From the NCBI GenBank assembly GCA_030265395.1, contig JARFYF010000062.1, positions 20,981,680-21,045,679 on the forward strand: 64,000 bases of DNA. The letters are read 5' to 3'. This DNA comes from Rhina ancylostomus (taxonomy: Eukaryota). Positions 37,527 through 50,279 of this stretch are shown one piece after another (within the stretch, counting starts at the first letter, position 1; each line of letters begins with the position of its first letter). The notes beneath the pieces were generated by a model. That model made no database searches, was not told the DNA's origin, and worked only from the letters and a program-made list of their open reading frames with translations. A program made the translations under genes and the position numbers.

Positions 37527-37599
37527 GGAAGATATGCAGGGGATTGAACCTGGAGCTCATATATACAAATCATGCGCACTCCCGCTGAGCTACAGACCC
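37527..37599 (-). tRNA. decayed tRNA-Ala(TGC)-like pseudogene
   Basis: GGGTCTGTAGCTCAGCGGGAGTGCGCATGATTTGTATATATGAGCTCCAGGTTCAATCCCCTGCAT aligns to vertebrate tRNA-Ala; stems and anticodon are mutated. Confidence 0.65.
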
Positions 37600-38231
37600 G
37601 ACGATAATGAGTGGGGTTCCAAGTGAACTCCAGCCCGTCTCTCTCCTGCTGAGTATAAAACATCGACACTAAATAAAGGATCATTAAGAAGTCTCTGTGT
37701 TCCCTCCAGTAAAAGAAAATCAGGGTGGTTGAGTGGGGAAGAAGACGCGATTGGGAATGAAATCGCGAGGTGTTCTGCAGAAGCAGTATTTTATTTAATG
37801 GTGAACGATTGAAACAACATAGAACAAAGAACAATACAGAACAGTAACAGACTCATCGGCTCACAATGCTGTGCCGAACAAAGTCAGTAATTATATACCC
37901 CACTCAACTAGTCATAGTTGAGTGAGAGCAGGAGAAGGTAGAAAGAGACGAAAAGATACTCCAAGACACAACAGATCAGACAGCCTATTCAGAATCGCGA
38001 ATCAGGTACAACGAGCTCGTGTCAAGCCGCCAGTTGAATGGGGAGTGACGTCGAGAAAAGGGGACATCTCTGGAGGATGACACCAGTGGTGTTGTCGGGA
38101 TCAGCTGGGAACGACGGTTTCGGAGCTCTATTCGGAACACTATATCCACTTCCCCATAAGTAGGTGATGCGGCGGGGAGGGGGGGGTGTGCTGTCAGATT
38201 TAATTGAAATATTATACACCATTTATTTCTG

Positions 38232-40837
38232 TCATTTAATGATTTTCAACATCCAATTCAGCGGGCATTTCACTGCGTTCTTCAACTCTGTTCGGAATTT
38301 ACTCTATGTGACTGAATAAATACACGTGTTTTTTTCGGGAACTGAGAAGCTGCAGCATCGCTCCTGCTTGTGCTGTGATATAAAACGGGGATTCATGAGA
38401 GAATTATCACAAATCTTTGAAACTCGCCAATAGATGTAAAACACCACCTGTGTTACTCACAACAGGACGTAGCTGCCGGTTATACTGAAGAGTAAAACGA
38501 TTCTTCCTTCGGTTCTGCATCTCCGAGTCCTTGTCACCCTCTCCATTACTGCGGCCCCGGAGGCCCCTGCGGACTATACTTGCCACTAAAATCTTTCTTC
38601 CCTTCATAATATTGAGCAGCAAAATCAGAATAAACGTGATACAAGGGGTTAAAATACGGTGAAACATCTCAAATGCCATCCATGATGGGGACGATTTGAA
38701 GCTCCGTTTCAGAACACAATCCCAAGGAACAGCATGAATTATTTTTCTGGGTTCGTATATAAAGTACCAAGGGACAATCTCCAAACATCCCAGCAAACTC
38801 ACTGTTTCTATAACCACAGCTGTCGTTCTCTCTGTGCAATATTTTGTTTTCAGATTCACACAACAAATGGCCAGAAATTGATCAAAGGTGAAAGCGACTG
38901 TAAGCCAAACAGAGACCGCGGTGCTAGCAAAAATCAGCCATATGCCGAGACTGCACACGGGAGTAATTAGGAGGAATGATCGCGTAAAATATATCAGAGC
39001 AGTCCACCTCAGCAGGGGATCCGATAAACCACCAGGAGATCGGCCGCTGCCATTCCCACCAAGTAGCGAGTGATACAATTGGAGAGACAGCATTTTCCGC
39101 GAGACAGGATCGCAATCGCCACCAAGGAAACTGGAATAGAGAGACCAGAAGCAGAACGTTGAGAAAATAATTACCATACCCGAAGCCAATGCTGCGATTT
39201 CACGGGATCCGGTGTTGTTTCCACTTTGTTGTTTCAGCCAGCGGTGGGAACTGATTCCTATATCATGTGAAGGACCGAGAGGGCGCGGTGCCCGTCTCGC
39301 TAGCGATGAAGTTTACAATGTCAGATAAAATGAGTAAGACCTCTATTCGGATTACTTACTGTTGAGCGAAATTTGAAGTGACAGTGGAGAGCTGACTGGG
39401 CAACTGCCTCCTCAGAGGCACTAATGGATGGATCGCTTTTATTGGCGCCGTCTGCGTCTCACATGGGTGAATTGACTAATGCGGGCGTTGATGCCAGGAT
39501 TATCCCATTAGCCAACCATCAACATCCCCGTCGCTCCCTGTCAGTGACAGAACAGAAAAGGTCGGAACAAGAACCGGTAAAGCTGGGAACACTCATGCGC
39601 ATAAACAGTATCTGTGGGAAGAGAAACCAGTTAACATTTTGGGTCAGCAACTCCTCCTCAGTTGAGAGAAAGCTCCTGACTCCAAGCATTAACTGGGTTC
39701 TTGTTCCAGACACACTTGCCGGGCTGAATGCTTCCAGAGGGCGGCACGGTCGCGTTGCGGTTAGCGCGACGCTATTACAGCACCAGCGATCGGGGTTCGA
39801 TTCCCGTCGCTGTCTGTAAGGAGTTTGTACGTTCTCCCGCATTCTAAAGACGTACGGGTAGGTTAATTTGGGGTTTAAAACGGGCGGAGTGGAATTGTTC
39901 GGCCGGAAGGGCCTGTTACCACTCTGTAAATAAAATATAAGAAAGAATTTCCCGAATTTGTTTCATATTTCAACACTTGGCATCCGTACGAGTTCACAAT
40001 AAAACGACGGCTGATTCCAACAGATACAACGCAGTCTGACACAACCTCATAGCCCGGGATGTCGTTTTACACTGAATCTATCACAGGGAGGCTGGGGAGA
40101 GGATTTCAACAGCCGGCAGTAAGCTCGGTGCAGTCGTCGGGCGTCTGCAGTGATGTCAGATGCAGATAAAACAAGCTGCATTTCGCAATATCGATTACTG
40201 TCAAGCACGAAGTCAGTTCTGTTAATTGAATCCGTCAGGATTTCATTGAGTTATCCATTAACTGCCTCATATCCAGTCACAGCTCACACATCTCTTAAAA
40301 ATATTCCACAACTGCTTCGTACTACAACATGGAACTCCTCACAATTGCTGGTATTACTACCCGCCGATGGTTTGATTGCTGCTCCGAACCCAGACACCGG
40401 CTCCCAGTACATTTGCAGAAAATCAACCGGGATTGCGTGAACACAATAATTACAAATGCAGTGCAGCTGCTACAAGACCAAAGCCGCAGAGACCACGAAC
40501 ATTCTGTCATTGATAAGAAAGCTTTGCTGTAGGAACGCTGCCTGATCCACTGGGTACCACGGATGCTGCTCGACCCATTGAATCCCGGCAGCAGTTTGTT
40601 TTTAGCTGTGGATCCTAGAATCTACCCTCTCTTGTGTCTACATTACATTTTAAAATGCTATAATTCTGGAACTCAGTGGGTGGCTGTGTAAACCAGAGAG
40701 AGAAACAATCTAATGTATTAGAATTAAACGCCAATTCCCACCAACGTCAGCTGAGACAGCTACTTACCAGGAATTTCAACGGTTGAAAGAACTGGATAGT
40801 AAAGGTCTCGTATCCAACAGATTACTGGATATCCCAT
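38232..40837 (-). pseudogene. GPR139-like GPCR, two exons (exon 1 40837-40768; exon 2 39130-38232), frameshifted
   Basis: Exon 1 MGYPVICWIRDLYYPVLSTVEIP G|GTAAG; acceptor CTATTCCAG; LVAIAILSRGKCCLS, SVWLTVAFTFDQFLAICC, ILTPCITF, EMQNRRK; frameshifts near 39025 and 38500; TGTATAAATG ~85 bp upstream of the ATG. Confidence 0.88.
39738..39940 (+). mobile_element. tRNA-derived SINE with CR1-like tail (intronic)
   Basis: GGGGCGGCACGGTCGCGTTGCGGTTAGC A-box, GGGTTCGATTCCC B-box, GAAGGGCCTGTTAC tail, A-rich end. Confidence 0.8.
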
Positions 40838-42390
40838 TTCAGTGAGAAGCAGAGACTTCTCTTGCTCCGAAATCCACATCTCCGGCAGACACTCTGAGCT
40901 GATGTACTTCAACAGGCCCACATTTATACAGAGGATGAGTCTCCAGAGGCAAAGTTATACCCCTGACCATTGTTCTCAATTAGAGTTACTTGAACAAACA
41001 CTTTACTTCAACTGCATTGTCTCTTTGGGGCGATTGAAAGCAAATACATCGCAAGTACTGGACATTACCTCAGCAGTGTGTTGATGGAAGTAGGACCGGT
41101 AGCGTTAATCATACGTGACTGACCTTTGTCACGCAGATGCTCCATTTAGAGCTTTAATTTCTGTATTGGCAACTTGTTCATCTGTAAATGGAGCGGTTTT
41201 CTCCTCAGTCTGTAACGAGTCCAGTGACATAGACTGAACCGTCGCCCCTGCCCCTGCAGTTTCCCAGTTGGAAAATCCTTCCTTCAGTCCTTTTGCGCCC
41301 TCCTGGCCGCTCACACAAACTCCACCATTGGTAAATTGCAACAGTAAATACCGCTCTCCCTCTCCAGCACAGCGCAGGTCCTCTTGCATTTTCCCCTTAT
41401 TCAGTGTTCCCACTTATCTGAAGTTTCTCTCTGCAGATATAATACCTGCTGTGAGTGATACCTCGGTGGTTCAAAATGTTCCTTACAGTGCACAGAACGT
41501 TATATTGCGTGCAAGGTCTGATGTGCAACCATTTTGACTGTTGTTTTAAGCTTCTACCCATTCAGTATACAGTAAAATTGTGGCATGAACAACTGGTCTG
41601 TTGTTCAAAGTTCTCTGCCGCATAGATTCTGCTCTGTATACAGATGTGTTCTTCTACTGCTTTTCTTCGCTGTGACCATTTCCCTGGTATCCCTGTGGTG
41701 AAGTGTTGGTCCGATGGTGCAGAGGCGGCCCTTCGGAAAAGATTAACAGAAGGAGGACCATGGCTGGGCCGAGTTTGCAGCGTTCAGAGCTTTTGCTGGT
41801 GAGGGAATGAAGGTGATTTGCCGGGCGTGCTCCGGGTTGAAATATTTGCTGAATATATGAAAGCTGCATTAATGTACAGGTGCCGAGACAGTTATGTACT
41901 AAAGGGTCGTGTTGGTGACTCGGTATTGATAGAACAAGTCGCAGAATGGTTTGATTCATCCATGTCTGGATTATCGGCCCAGCAACGAACCTGAACCAAC
42001 CTTTCTGCACCAACGCATTAGTGCCATCGAAACAACTGGTATCCACTTCGACACTGCCGCAGTGTGGTTTGGAATTCACAGCCAGTATTTCTGTACTTCT
42101 TACTGTGGTCCAATGCCCAGAATCCTGCTAAGAGCAACGCGCGTGTGTCGACACTCACCCGCGGGACCGACTCTCAATTAACACCACTTCCAAACGGGCG
42201 TGCACAGCGGCACAACACCAAATGTGAAGCCCATTATCACCGCACAAAGACAGAGGCACTGGCTAACACACACACACACACACACACACANNNNNNNNNN
42301 NNNNNNNNNNNNNNNNNNNNNNNNNNNNNNNNNNNNNNNNNNNNNNNNNNNNNNNNNNNNNNNNNNNNNNNNNNNNNNNNNNNNNNNNNN

Positions 42391-42626
42391 ACTGAATAAA
42401 GACACGGGACACTTGTTTGGAGTCCAAGAGTCGAATGAATGACTGGGGTGCGCTGCCCCTTTAATAAGCACCGTTCCCGCGCTGACGTCACGCGCAGGTC
42501 ACGTGACGTTCCTGCGCGCGGGCTCCACAAGCCCACAAAGAAGGAGTGCCCCGCGCCATCTTGTGTCGGGGCCTCTGGCGACGCTCGCAATCGTGGGAGC
42601 CGGTTCGTGAAAGGTAAGTCGCCACA
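42391..42626 (-). mobile_element. Gypsy 5' LTR (family B), truncated by gap
   Basis: Reverse complement is roughly 93% identical (hand count) to 60109-60359; begins TGTGGCGAC. Confidence 0.88.
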
Positions 42627-43142
42627 ATGTGTTACATAAATCAGAGAACAAATCGTTTCGATAACCACAACTGCTGTTTTCTCGGTGCAACACTTCAGTT
42701 TCAGCTTTTGGCAACAAATGGCTGCAGATCGATCAAGGGTAAACGCCACAGTTTTCCAGACGGAACAATCTCAGGTTTCATCTTTAAGAGCACAATTAAG
42801 GCCGCAGACAGAAGTGAATTAAAGGAAAATGAATGGTTGATAATATGGTGTAACACCACAGCCAAAATAAGAACCAAGATATCTGTTGCAGCCATTGCCA
42901 CCAGGGAAAAGTGACACATCTGGATAGAGCGCATCCTCCTCGCAGCTGGATCAATATTTTGTCAGATTTCCTGCAAAACAGAAAGACATGTCTGATCAAT
43001 TAAGAAATGAGTGTGACACCCAAGGAAGAGAAGAGGAAAATCTGCAATGCTTGTCACGCAGCACAGCTCCTGCCACCCGGGAAGTGAAATCCTTTGCTAT
43101 TCAGTTACTGGATAGTAATATCATTTGAATTTAATTTTCCAT
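42627..43142 (-). pseudogene. GPR139-like pseudogene, 5' half (degenerate exon 1 ~43142-43078; exon 2 42970-42627)
   Basis: LVAMAATDILVLI, AFTLDRSAAICCQKLKLKCCTEKTAVVVI; cut by the LTR after TM4. Confidence 0.8.
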
Positions 43143-44469
43143 GTTCAATTGTCCCTGAATTGAGGGACAATCACACAACTTCATTGCACTCACATGTGGC
43201 TCAGATTGAATAACGATGATGGATTTCCATTTAGCAATGCTCGGGGTAAACTGTATGTGTTTTCGGACAGTCTGGATAATTAACTGATATTATCTTGGAA
43301 TTTTTAATGTTCCAACTTAATTAATGTGTATTGCCTAATCAGCTGTGTTGCGGGTACTGAACGATAACCATACGGCCAGCTGAATGGAGTAGGTAGCTGT
43401 CGGATTACCAGTCAGTCTGAATCCTTTCTCTGGCATTGAGAGGCTGACACATCCTCTATTCACAGATTCAACGTCTTCATTTTCTTTTCTGTTGGTCTCG
43501 TTGGGCTGTTTACTTGCAGGAGGTTGCAGCAACTCTGTGGTTACTCTCGGTGTCCCGTGTTCAGTCTGGGTGTCGAAGTCTGGTTGGGAAAGAGGTCGGC
43601 GTGTGACATTAGTGATTTGTGATGGCCAAAGTCAGCTGCTGATAAGGCAGAGAAACTTTGTGAATATGATCAATTGAAGATAGACATGATTTTATTTGTT
43701 TCTGTAATTCACACTATCTCCGAATTGAATGAAGTAACATTTCGCTGTCAGTACCTTCTTTCGTGGTGAAGCCCAGTTTATTCTGTTATTAGTGTCGTTT
43801 AATTTACACGAAGGTCTTGCTTATGTACAGTCGTTTTCGCTCTCTTCATTGTTGGATAATTTATGTAAAATGTACATGCTACGTCTTCTCTCTTCCTACG
43901 TGCCTGTGATGCTGCTGCAGGCAAGTTTTACATTGTACCGAGAACGCACCAAACTTGTGTAGACGATAATAAACTGGACTTGACTAAATTTTATGCCCTT
44001 GAAACAAAGGAATTTTGCAAGTTATTGCTAAGGCAGACAGACACAATCAATTACGTGCAGTCAGATACGTCTTTATTCACCAAAGCCACATCTGCCTCCT
44101 TTTCCCACTTCCGAATATGCTCTATAAATAGGCGTCCTGTCGGAGCGCTTCTTCTAAAATCAGATCAATTATTTTTTTCCGTGAAGGAAAAATCTCGTTC
44201 GAATACACCTGTATAAAAGTTCACTGGGTACTTGCTGGCAAACAGATTTTTGTTTTGATATACGTTACAAGGTCCAGAGCGCAGTAGTTTCCAGTGTCTC
44301 GGAAGGTATCGGTTTTGTTTCTTTGTGGCTTTCTAGCGGTTTATTACAAATGAATGGAGAATTCCAAGGCATTGCAGACTTATATTGTGGCAGGTAAATG
44401 ACAGATGAAGACAGACAGAGAAGCAAGTCGTCTTCCAACCAACCCCGCTCACCTCCTCTGCCAGGCATT

Positions 44470-44680
44470 ACATTCCTGTCATCTTGTACTCGTCCTCAGT
44501 CAGCAATGAGCTCTGAATCTTTCTCGACACTTCTCTTCTCTTCTTTATACTGATCATGTCGCCTCTCCAGTCTCAGTCCTGATGCAGGGTTTCGACCCGA
44601 AACGTCGACAAATTCTTTCCTCCAATAGATAGTTCTCGTCCAGCTGAGTTCCTCCAGTGTTTTGTTTGTCGCTCCGGTTC
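44470..44680 (+). mobile_element. Penelope-type short repeat with minimal hammerhead-like motif
   Basis: CAGTC CTGATGCA GGGT TTCG ACCC GAAA CGTC GAC; decayed relatives near 9830, 15880, 25920, 39640, 47060 and 56120. Confidence 0.6.
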
Positions 44681-45859
44681 CATGTCATATTCATATCGCT
44701 TGATGTGTTACTATAAATGCACAATTGAGACAAACAAATGATACAAGCGGCTCTTGCGGTCGTGTATATTTTCAGACTCAAATGGCGTTGGACGGGTCTG
44801 GCATGAATCTTCAGTCAAAATATTAAGATGTTAGTATGTGTTCGCAGATATACATAAAATGGCACGTAGAGATTGAAGATTTTTAAATTTGACAGCTTAA
44901 GCAGCGCTCACTCTACAGGAACAATTCTTTGATTTGAAACCTTCAGCATTAAGTAATCTCTGTCTTTTGCACCACGGGCCAGAGAGATTCCTCGTCTTGA
45001 AAAATATTTTAGACAGTTCCCGCTCCCCATCTAGGTTATATGATTCATCCGTGTCACATACATCCAGCACCTTTGCAAAAGTATTTTAACACTAGCATTC
45101 AAAGTGAAATCTGCAGTTCAGCCACAGTTAGAAATTACATATTTATTGTTGAATGGACTCTGCTGACTATCATCGCATTTGACGACTGAAGTTGCGCGAC
45201 ATTGCAGGAGTATCAATCAATAAAATCATTCGCCACAAATGCTCCTTGTGTTCTCCAGTTGCAAACTGCACCTTGTGTTATAAGCTTCTCAACTTTCACA
45301 ATATCTCTTCTACGGCATCGCATTTACTCACTGGGTGAATATTTAGTCTCCCTTACTCCGAATTTGGAATAGATTCTGATCCTGCCCCGAGCGAGGCGGG
45401 GTCACTGATCTGGTATCGCTGACGATCTGGCGCATTCACATGTGACTAATGTCAATATGCCGGATATGAAAATACACAGACTCCTGGCATTTAACTCTCA
45501 TGCATGCTTCTTTTGCATCACAGTTATTTGAAACAGTTACATGGAGACTAAGTCTCCGCGTTCAATTCGTGAAGCCATGGCTGATCTCTAATCTCTATTT
45601 CCCATTTTACTGCGCACACAGCTCATTAATAAATATTGGAAGCCTTTTAGTTTTAACATTTGTATTGTGAGTTATAACTGCTAAATCCCCAAATCCCCAA
45701 ACCGATTAAGTTAATCTGGTGTTTATTTCCGAGACTGATAAATAAGTTTTAACGGTTACGTTGCAACGCGTTTCTGTCTATTTTTTGCCGTCTTTTTATC
45801 CTGGTACTAAACTCCAAGCAAAACATAACGTTCGAAACGTGTTGATGACTGGAGTAAAA

Positions 45860-46705
45860 GCCGTCACGATTCCCACATCTCTGCCCAGTCTTTTATCCAT
45901 TAATATTTCCTTGTAATGATGCACTTTCTCCACCCTGCTTATGATATCATCAACCTTTGTATTCTCCTGAAGCTTGGTTATATAGCTTCGTGTGACATCG
46001 TCATATTTATTAATAGGGTGAATAATTGACACCGCAAAGCTGCTCAGTGCAGGAAAGTATTATATTCAATCATCTGCNNNNNNNNNNNNNNNNNNNNNNN
46101 NNNNNNNNNNNNNNNNNNNNNNNNNNNNNNNNNNNNNNNNNNNNNNNNNNNNNNNNNNNNNNNNNNNNNNNNNNNNNTCAACTTCTCCTTCTCAGATTTA
46201 AAACTGGACTCAATCATATTGTGGTCACTTGTTCCGAATGGTTCTTTTACCTCCAGTTCCCCAATCACCTCCGGTTCGTTACACAGCACCCAATCCAAAA
46301 CAGCCGATCCCCTGTTGGGCTCATCAACAAGTTGCTCCAAAAGCTGTCCCATAAACACTCCACAAACTCACTCTCATGAGGTCTGCTACCTTCCTGAGTT
46401 TCCCAGTCCACCTTTATGTTGTAATCCCCCATAATCATCTTCACGTTGTCACTCTAACATTCTTTTTCTATTTCTAACCGTAATTTATAGTCTGTTTCCT
46501 GACTGCTATTAGGGGGCCCTATATATAACTGCTACTATTGTCCTTTTACCCATGCTATTTATTAGGTCCATCCATCTTCTGACCCGATGTCTTTCTCTCT
46601 ATTGATTTTATATCATCATTAACAATCGTGGCTACACCACCCCTCTGCCTACCCGTCTATCCTTCCTATGCACTGTGTACCCCTGGACATTTAGTTCCGA
46701 AATAC
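45860..46705 (-). mobile_element. CR1-type LINE fragments (RT piece 45860-46077; endonuclease 46178-46705)
   Basis: LEQLVDEPNRGSAVLDWVLCNEPEVIGELEVKEPFGTSDHNMIE endonuclease C-terminus. Confidence 0.8.
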
Positions 46706-47724
46706 ATCTGTATGTATCCCTGTTTAATGGTTGACTGGCTGATTTGAAAAACCCTTGGAGGGGAATAATACGGGGGAGAGCTGCCGTGTTGTCTGCGTCA
46801 GGACGGCCGATTGACTCTCTGAAGATCGGAGGTGAACCAGATACTTTTTTAGGACAATGCGGTAGTTGTGACAGTCGATGTATTGCACCATCCGCTGCAG
46901 CAATTCCAGGTGAACTTAAATTTGAAAAGTGTGTTGCGTAGGTAACACACCCAAGCGCCTTCCAGTTCTCCCGGTTCAGAGTTCATCTGGTCTGTTATAA
47001 GGAGGACACCTTCACCTTGTCCATGTGACCGAAGCTAGGTTTGTTCCTCTTCACACATGAAGTATCATTGCCCAATAACGTTGATCCTGTTTCTATCTCC
47101 ACAGAATCTGTTTGATCTGCTGAGAATCTCAGGCAATTTCAGATTTCCAGCGTCTGCATAATCCCACATTCCGTTAGCCCTGATCCTGTGCAACAACTTT
47201 CTTGTAAATTGAGTTCTAAAATGCATTGAAAATTTACATTCACCGACCTCCACCCCCCAACCCAACCTGTGACTGTTCTTCACTCGTCAGACGAGATCCA
47301 GTATCCCTCCTCAGACAAACTAGGGGAAGTCAGGCTCAACAGAAGGGACACAACATGACCTTATGTTTATATAGAACAATGAACAGGACAGAACATTCCG
47401 GGACATATCCTCGCAGGGACACATAGTACATGAATGAAATCGTGAGGGTTGTACCTTTAATATGTCTGACGAGATCTTGGCTGATTTTTGAAGCTTTTAA
47501 TGGACGTTACACGGTGGAACAAATGGCACAGAGTCGGGAAAGTTTGAGGTGAGGGGGGTGGTGACGAGCTCGGCTTTGTTTTCTCATGGTGTGGTCGGCA
47601 CTGTCGGGAGAGTTTCACCTCAATGATCAACCTTCTGCCCCTATAAACGTCCCACCATGAGGAATCGTTACTGACCACATCACAGGAAAGAGTGGAACGC
47701 CAGCGCCAAACACCCATCCCCCCA

Positions 47725-47755
<31 letters not shown>

Positions 47756-48232
47756 CTGAAATGTGAATTCAGCGCTGATGATTGGTGCTGGGGAGGGCCT
47801 GTCATTGTTCTCATTCAGTAAGGAGCTCCGGGGCCCACGACATTGCTGTCACCACCAAAACTGAAAATCCTGTCACCACCCATCCCACTTCCTAACCATC
47901 AGCCGACCGTCGTTGCACCGAGCGACAAGGAAACAGACACAGGGCAAAGGAGAATTTATTCATTATTTCCAGTCTCTGTGAACAACATGCTTGATATTTG
48001 ATTCACAGTCGGGATGATGTCACAGCGTGCTGTTCTCCAATAAATTACATGTCTGGGATTGCCACATTTTACAACATGGTGATGTCATTTGGAGTGTATT
48101 CATGGTAACATTTGGCGATGGCTGGGATGTATAACTGGCACCCCCGATAACCCGCCGCAAACGCAGCTGCAACTGTGAGCATCTACTCAGGGATCGGGTA
48201 TATTGATAATCAGACCACGTCTGGAACTGTTT

Positions 48233-49122
48233 CTATGACCTGATTAATTTCGCAATGAGTTTCACTGGGTAATTCACCGCGTTCAGCAGCTGCTCTCGGA
48301 ACTTCCTCTGTGTCAGGACATAAATCCCCGTGTTGGCGCAGGTGCTGAGAAGCTGCAGCATGAGTGCAACTGAAAGGAAATCACTGTCCGCGCTGTACTG
48401 AGCGCCGAGAATACGCTGAAATACAACATACACAACTATTGTGCTCCACAACAGTATGAAGCTACCCGATATGCTGAAGAGTAAAACGATGGATTTCCTT
48501 CTGTTCTCCATCTCTGGGTCCTTGTCATTCTCTCCACTTCTGCGGCCCCGGAGCCCCCTACGGATTCTACCGGATTGTAAAACATACCTGGCGGTCAGTG
48601 AATTTACCAGCAATAACAAAAAGAACGGGAGACAAGGGGTGAGGGTGAAAATAAACAACTCAAATGATGCCCATGAGGGTAAACTTAAGAATGTCCATTT
48701 AAAAATACACCCACGGGGTACGTTGTCGATGATATGTGCTGGGTCAAAAGTAAAATACCAGGGGATGTTTATTAAACAGCTCAGCACAGTTACCGTTCCG
48801 ATAACAACCGTCGCGGTTCTCTCGCTGCAATATTTTGCTCTCAGAGTCTGACAACAGATGGCCAGAAACCGATCAAAAGTGAAACCCACCGTTAACCAGA
48901 CAGAACTCACATTGGCTGCAAACAGCAGGACGAAGTTAAGTGAGCACACGGGGGTGATGGTCAGGAATGATAGTGGGAGATACATTTCAACGATGGTCCT
49001 CACTACGACGTCAGTGATGACGACCAGGAGATCGGCCGCTGCCATTCCCACCAGGTAACGAGTAATGCATTTGGAGAGACCGCACTTCCCTTGGGACAGG
49101 ATCACAATCGTCACCAAATTAA
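48233..49122 (-). CDS. GPR139/GPR142-like class A GPCR, open exon 2 (TM1 C-half to C-terminus); exon 1 not located
   Basis: Acceptor TCTCTCTTCCAG; 890-nt open phase-1 exon NLVTIVILSQGKCGLSKCITRYLVGMAAADLL...SVWLTVGFTFDRFLAICC...IPWYF...LTPCLPF...ENRRKSIVLLFSISGSFILLW...NTGIYVLTQRKFREQL. Confidence 0.9.
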
Positions 49123-49269
49123 CTGGAAGAGAGAGAAAATAAGAAATGATATTTCCCTGAGATCATCAATAATTATGCAATAATTCCCGGCTGACACTGA
49201 GGATGAAGTTTCCGGAATAAAACTAGGAATATAATAATTCATCCTGGGATGCTGAGGAACACCAACCAT

Positions 49270-49595
49270 CATTCAGGACAAGACCAGGAACCCGGGTTCG
49301 ATCCCCTCCTCGGATGCTGACTGGGTGGAGTTTCCCCCTTCTCCATTGGACCGATTCGCTTTCTTCCGGGGCTCCGGATTCCTGCTGCATCCCAGAGACG
49401 TTTCAGTGCGTAAACAGGCTGCTGTAAATTTCCCCATAGTGCAGGGTGATGTCAGGAGGCTCACCACGGAGGCTGGGGACGTGAGGGGGAAGAAGCTGCT
49501 GCACTGCAGGAAATCAGAAGGGTCAGTGGTTAACGGGATTCAGCTTTGGGGATAACGTGGGGTCAATGGTTTGAGTGGCCTCCTTTAATAAACGC
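49270..49595 (+). mobile_element. degenerate tRNA-derived SINE; another on the minus strand at ~53800-53980
   Basis: CCCGGGTTCGATCCC B-box and TTCTTCCGGGGCTCCGGATTCC core. Confidence 0.6.
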
Positions 49596-49849
49596 CAAAA
49601 ATAAATTGTCGTTGTTAGAGAATAGACACGGGTTCATGGTCCAAAGAACAAACCACGTTTGGGGAGCGATGGAACCGGAAGTGAGGCCATAAATGGTTCC
49701 CCGCGCGGTTCAATTTGAAATCTCCTCAATGGTTTCGCTAATTTCACAAGACTGATCACAGGACACCAACGCATCCCCGACACAAATGCGACATCAAACT
49801 GAGCAGTTCCAAATGGACTTTCTTCTGCTCAAGGCCAACTGCACTTTCA

Positions 49850-50110
49850 GCGACGCCCCCTCTTCGCCGCACTGAGCAGCTGCTCTCGGGACCAGCGCTG
49901 GATGAGGACCTGAAACCCGCTACTGTTCCCCGTGCTCGGGAAATGAGCGTCATCATACCTAACGACGAGTGCGTGAAGGGCGGAGGGTCTGACGAAGAAA
50001 AGAATATAACATATCACACTGCTTCGCTTCAAGACGATATGGAACAGTCGGATATCGGGAAGTGTTAACGGTGGATAACCTGCTGCCACACATCTCGGGA
50101 CACCTGAATA
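49850..50110 (-). pseudogene. heavily decayed 3' fragment of another GPR139-like gene
   Basis: GFQVLIQRWSREQLLSAAK matches GIYVLTQRKFREQLLNAVN of the adjacent intact copy; nucleotide similarity also over the DPEMENRRKSIV region. Confidence 0.55.
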
Positions 50111-50279
50111 TATTCGCATCAGAGAGAACCAGAGTGTGTTGCAGACTTTCTAAACCACACGTCAGTAACTACCACAAAGAAGCTACAATTGATGAAAGTA
50201 CCGGGGCTGTAAAAGGCTGTGGCTGTTGACTGACACGGAAGAGCGCAATCACAGGGAAGGCTGTGAGAAGGGAACTCAC

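Noticed and set aside
38407-39189. 260-aa ORF as an intact receptor
   Set aside because: Its N-terminus is intronic or out of frame and its C-terminus is frameshifted; the locus is a pseudogene
41425-41456. Apparent 14-nt micro-exon (CTCTCTGCAG...GTGAGT)
   Set aside because: Single short pattern that could arise by chance; no supporting context
48441-49058. Plus-strand ORFs of 136 and 66 aa
   Set aside because: Antisense shadows of the GPCR exon
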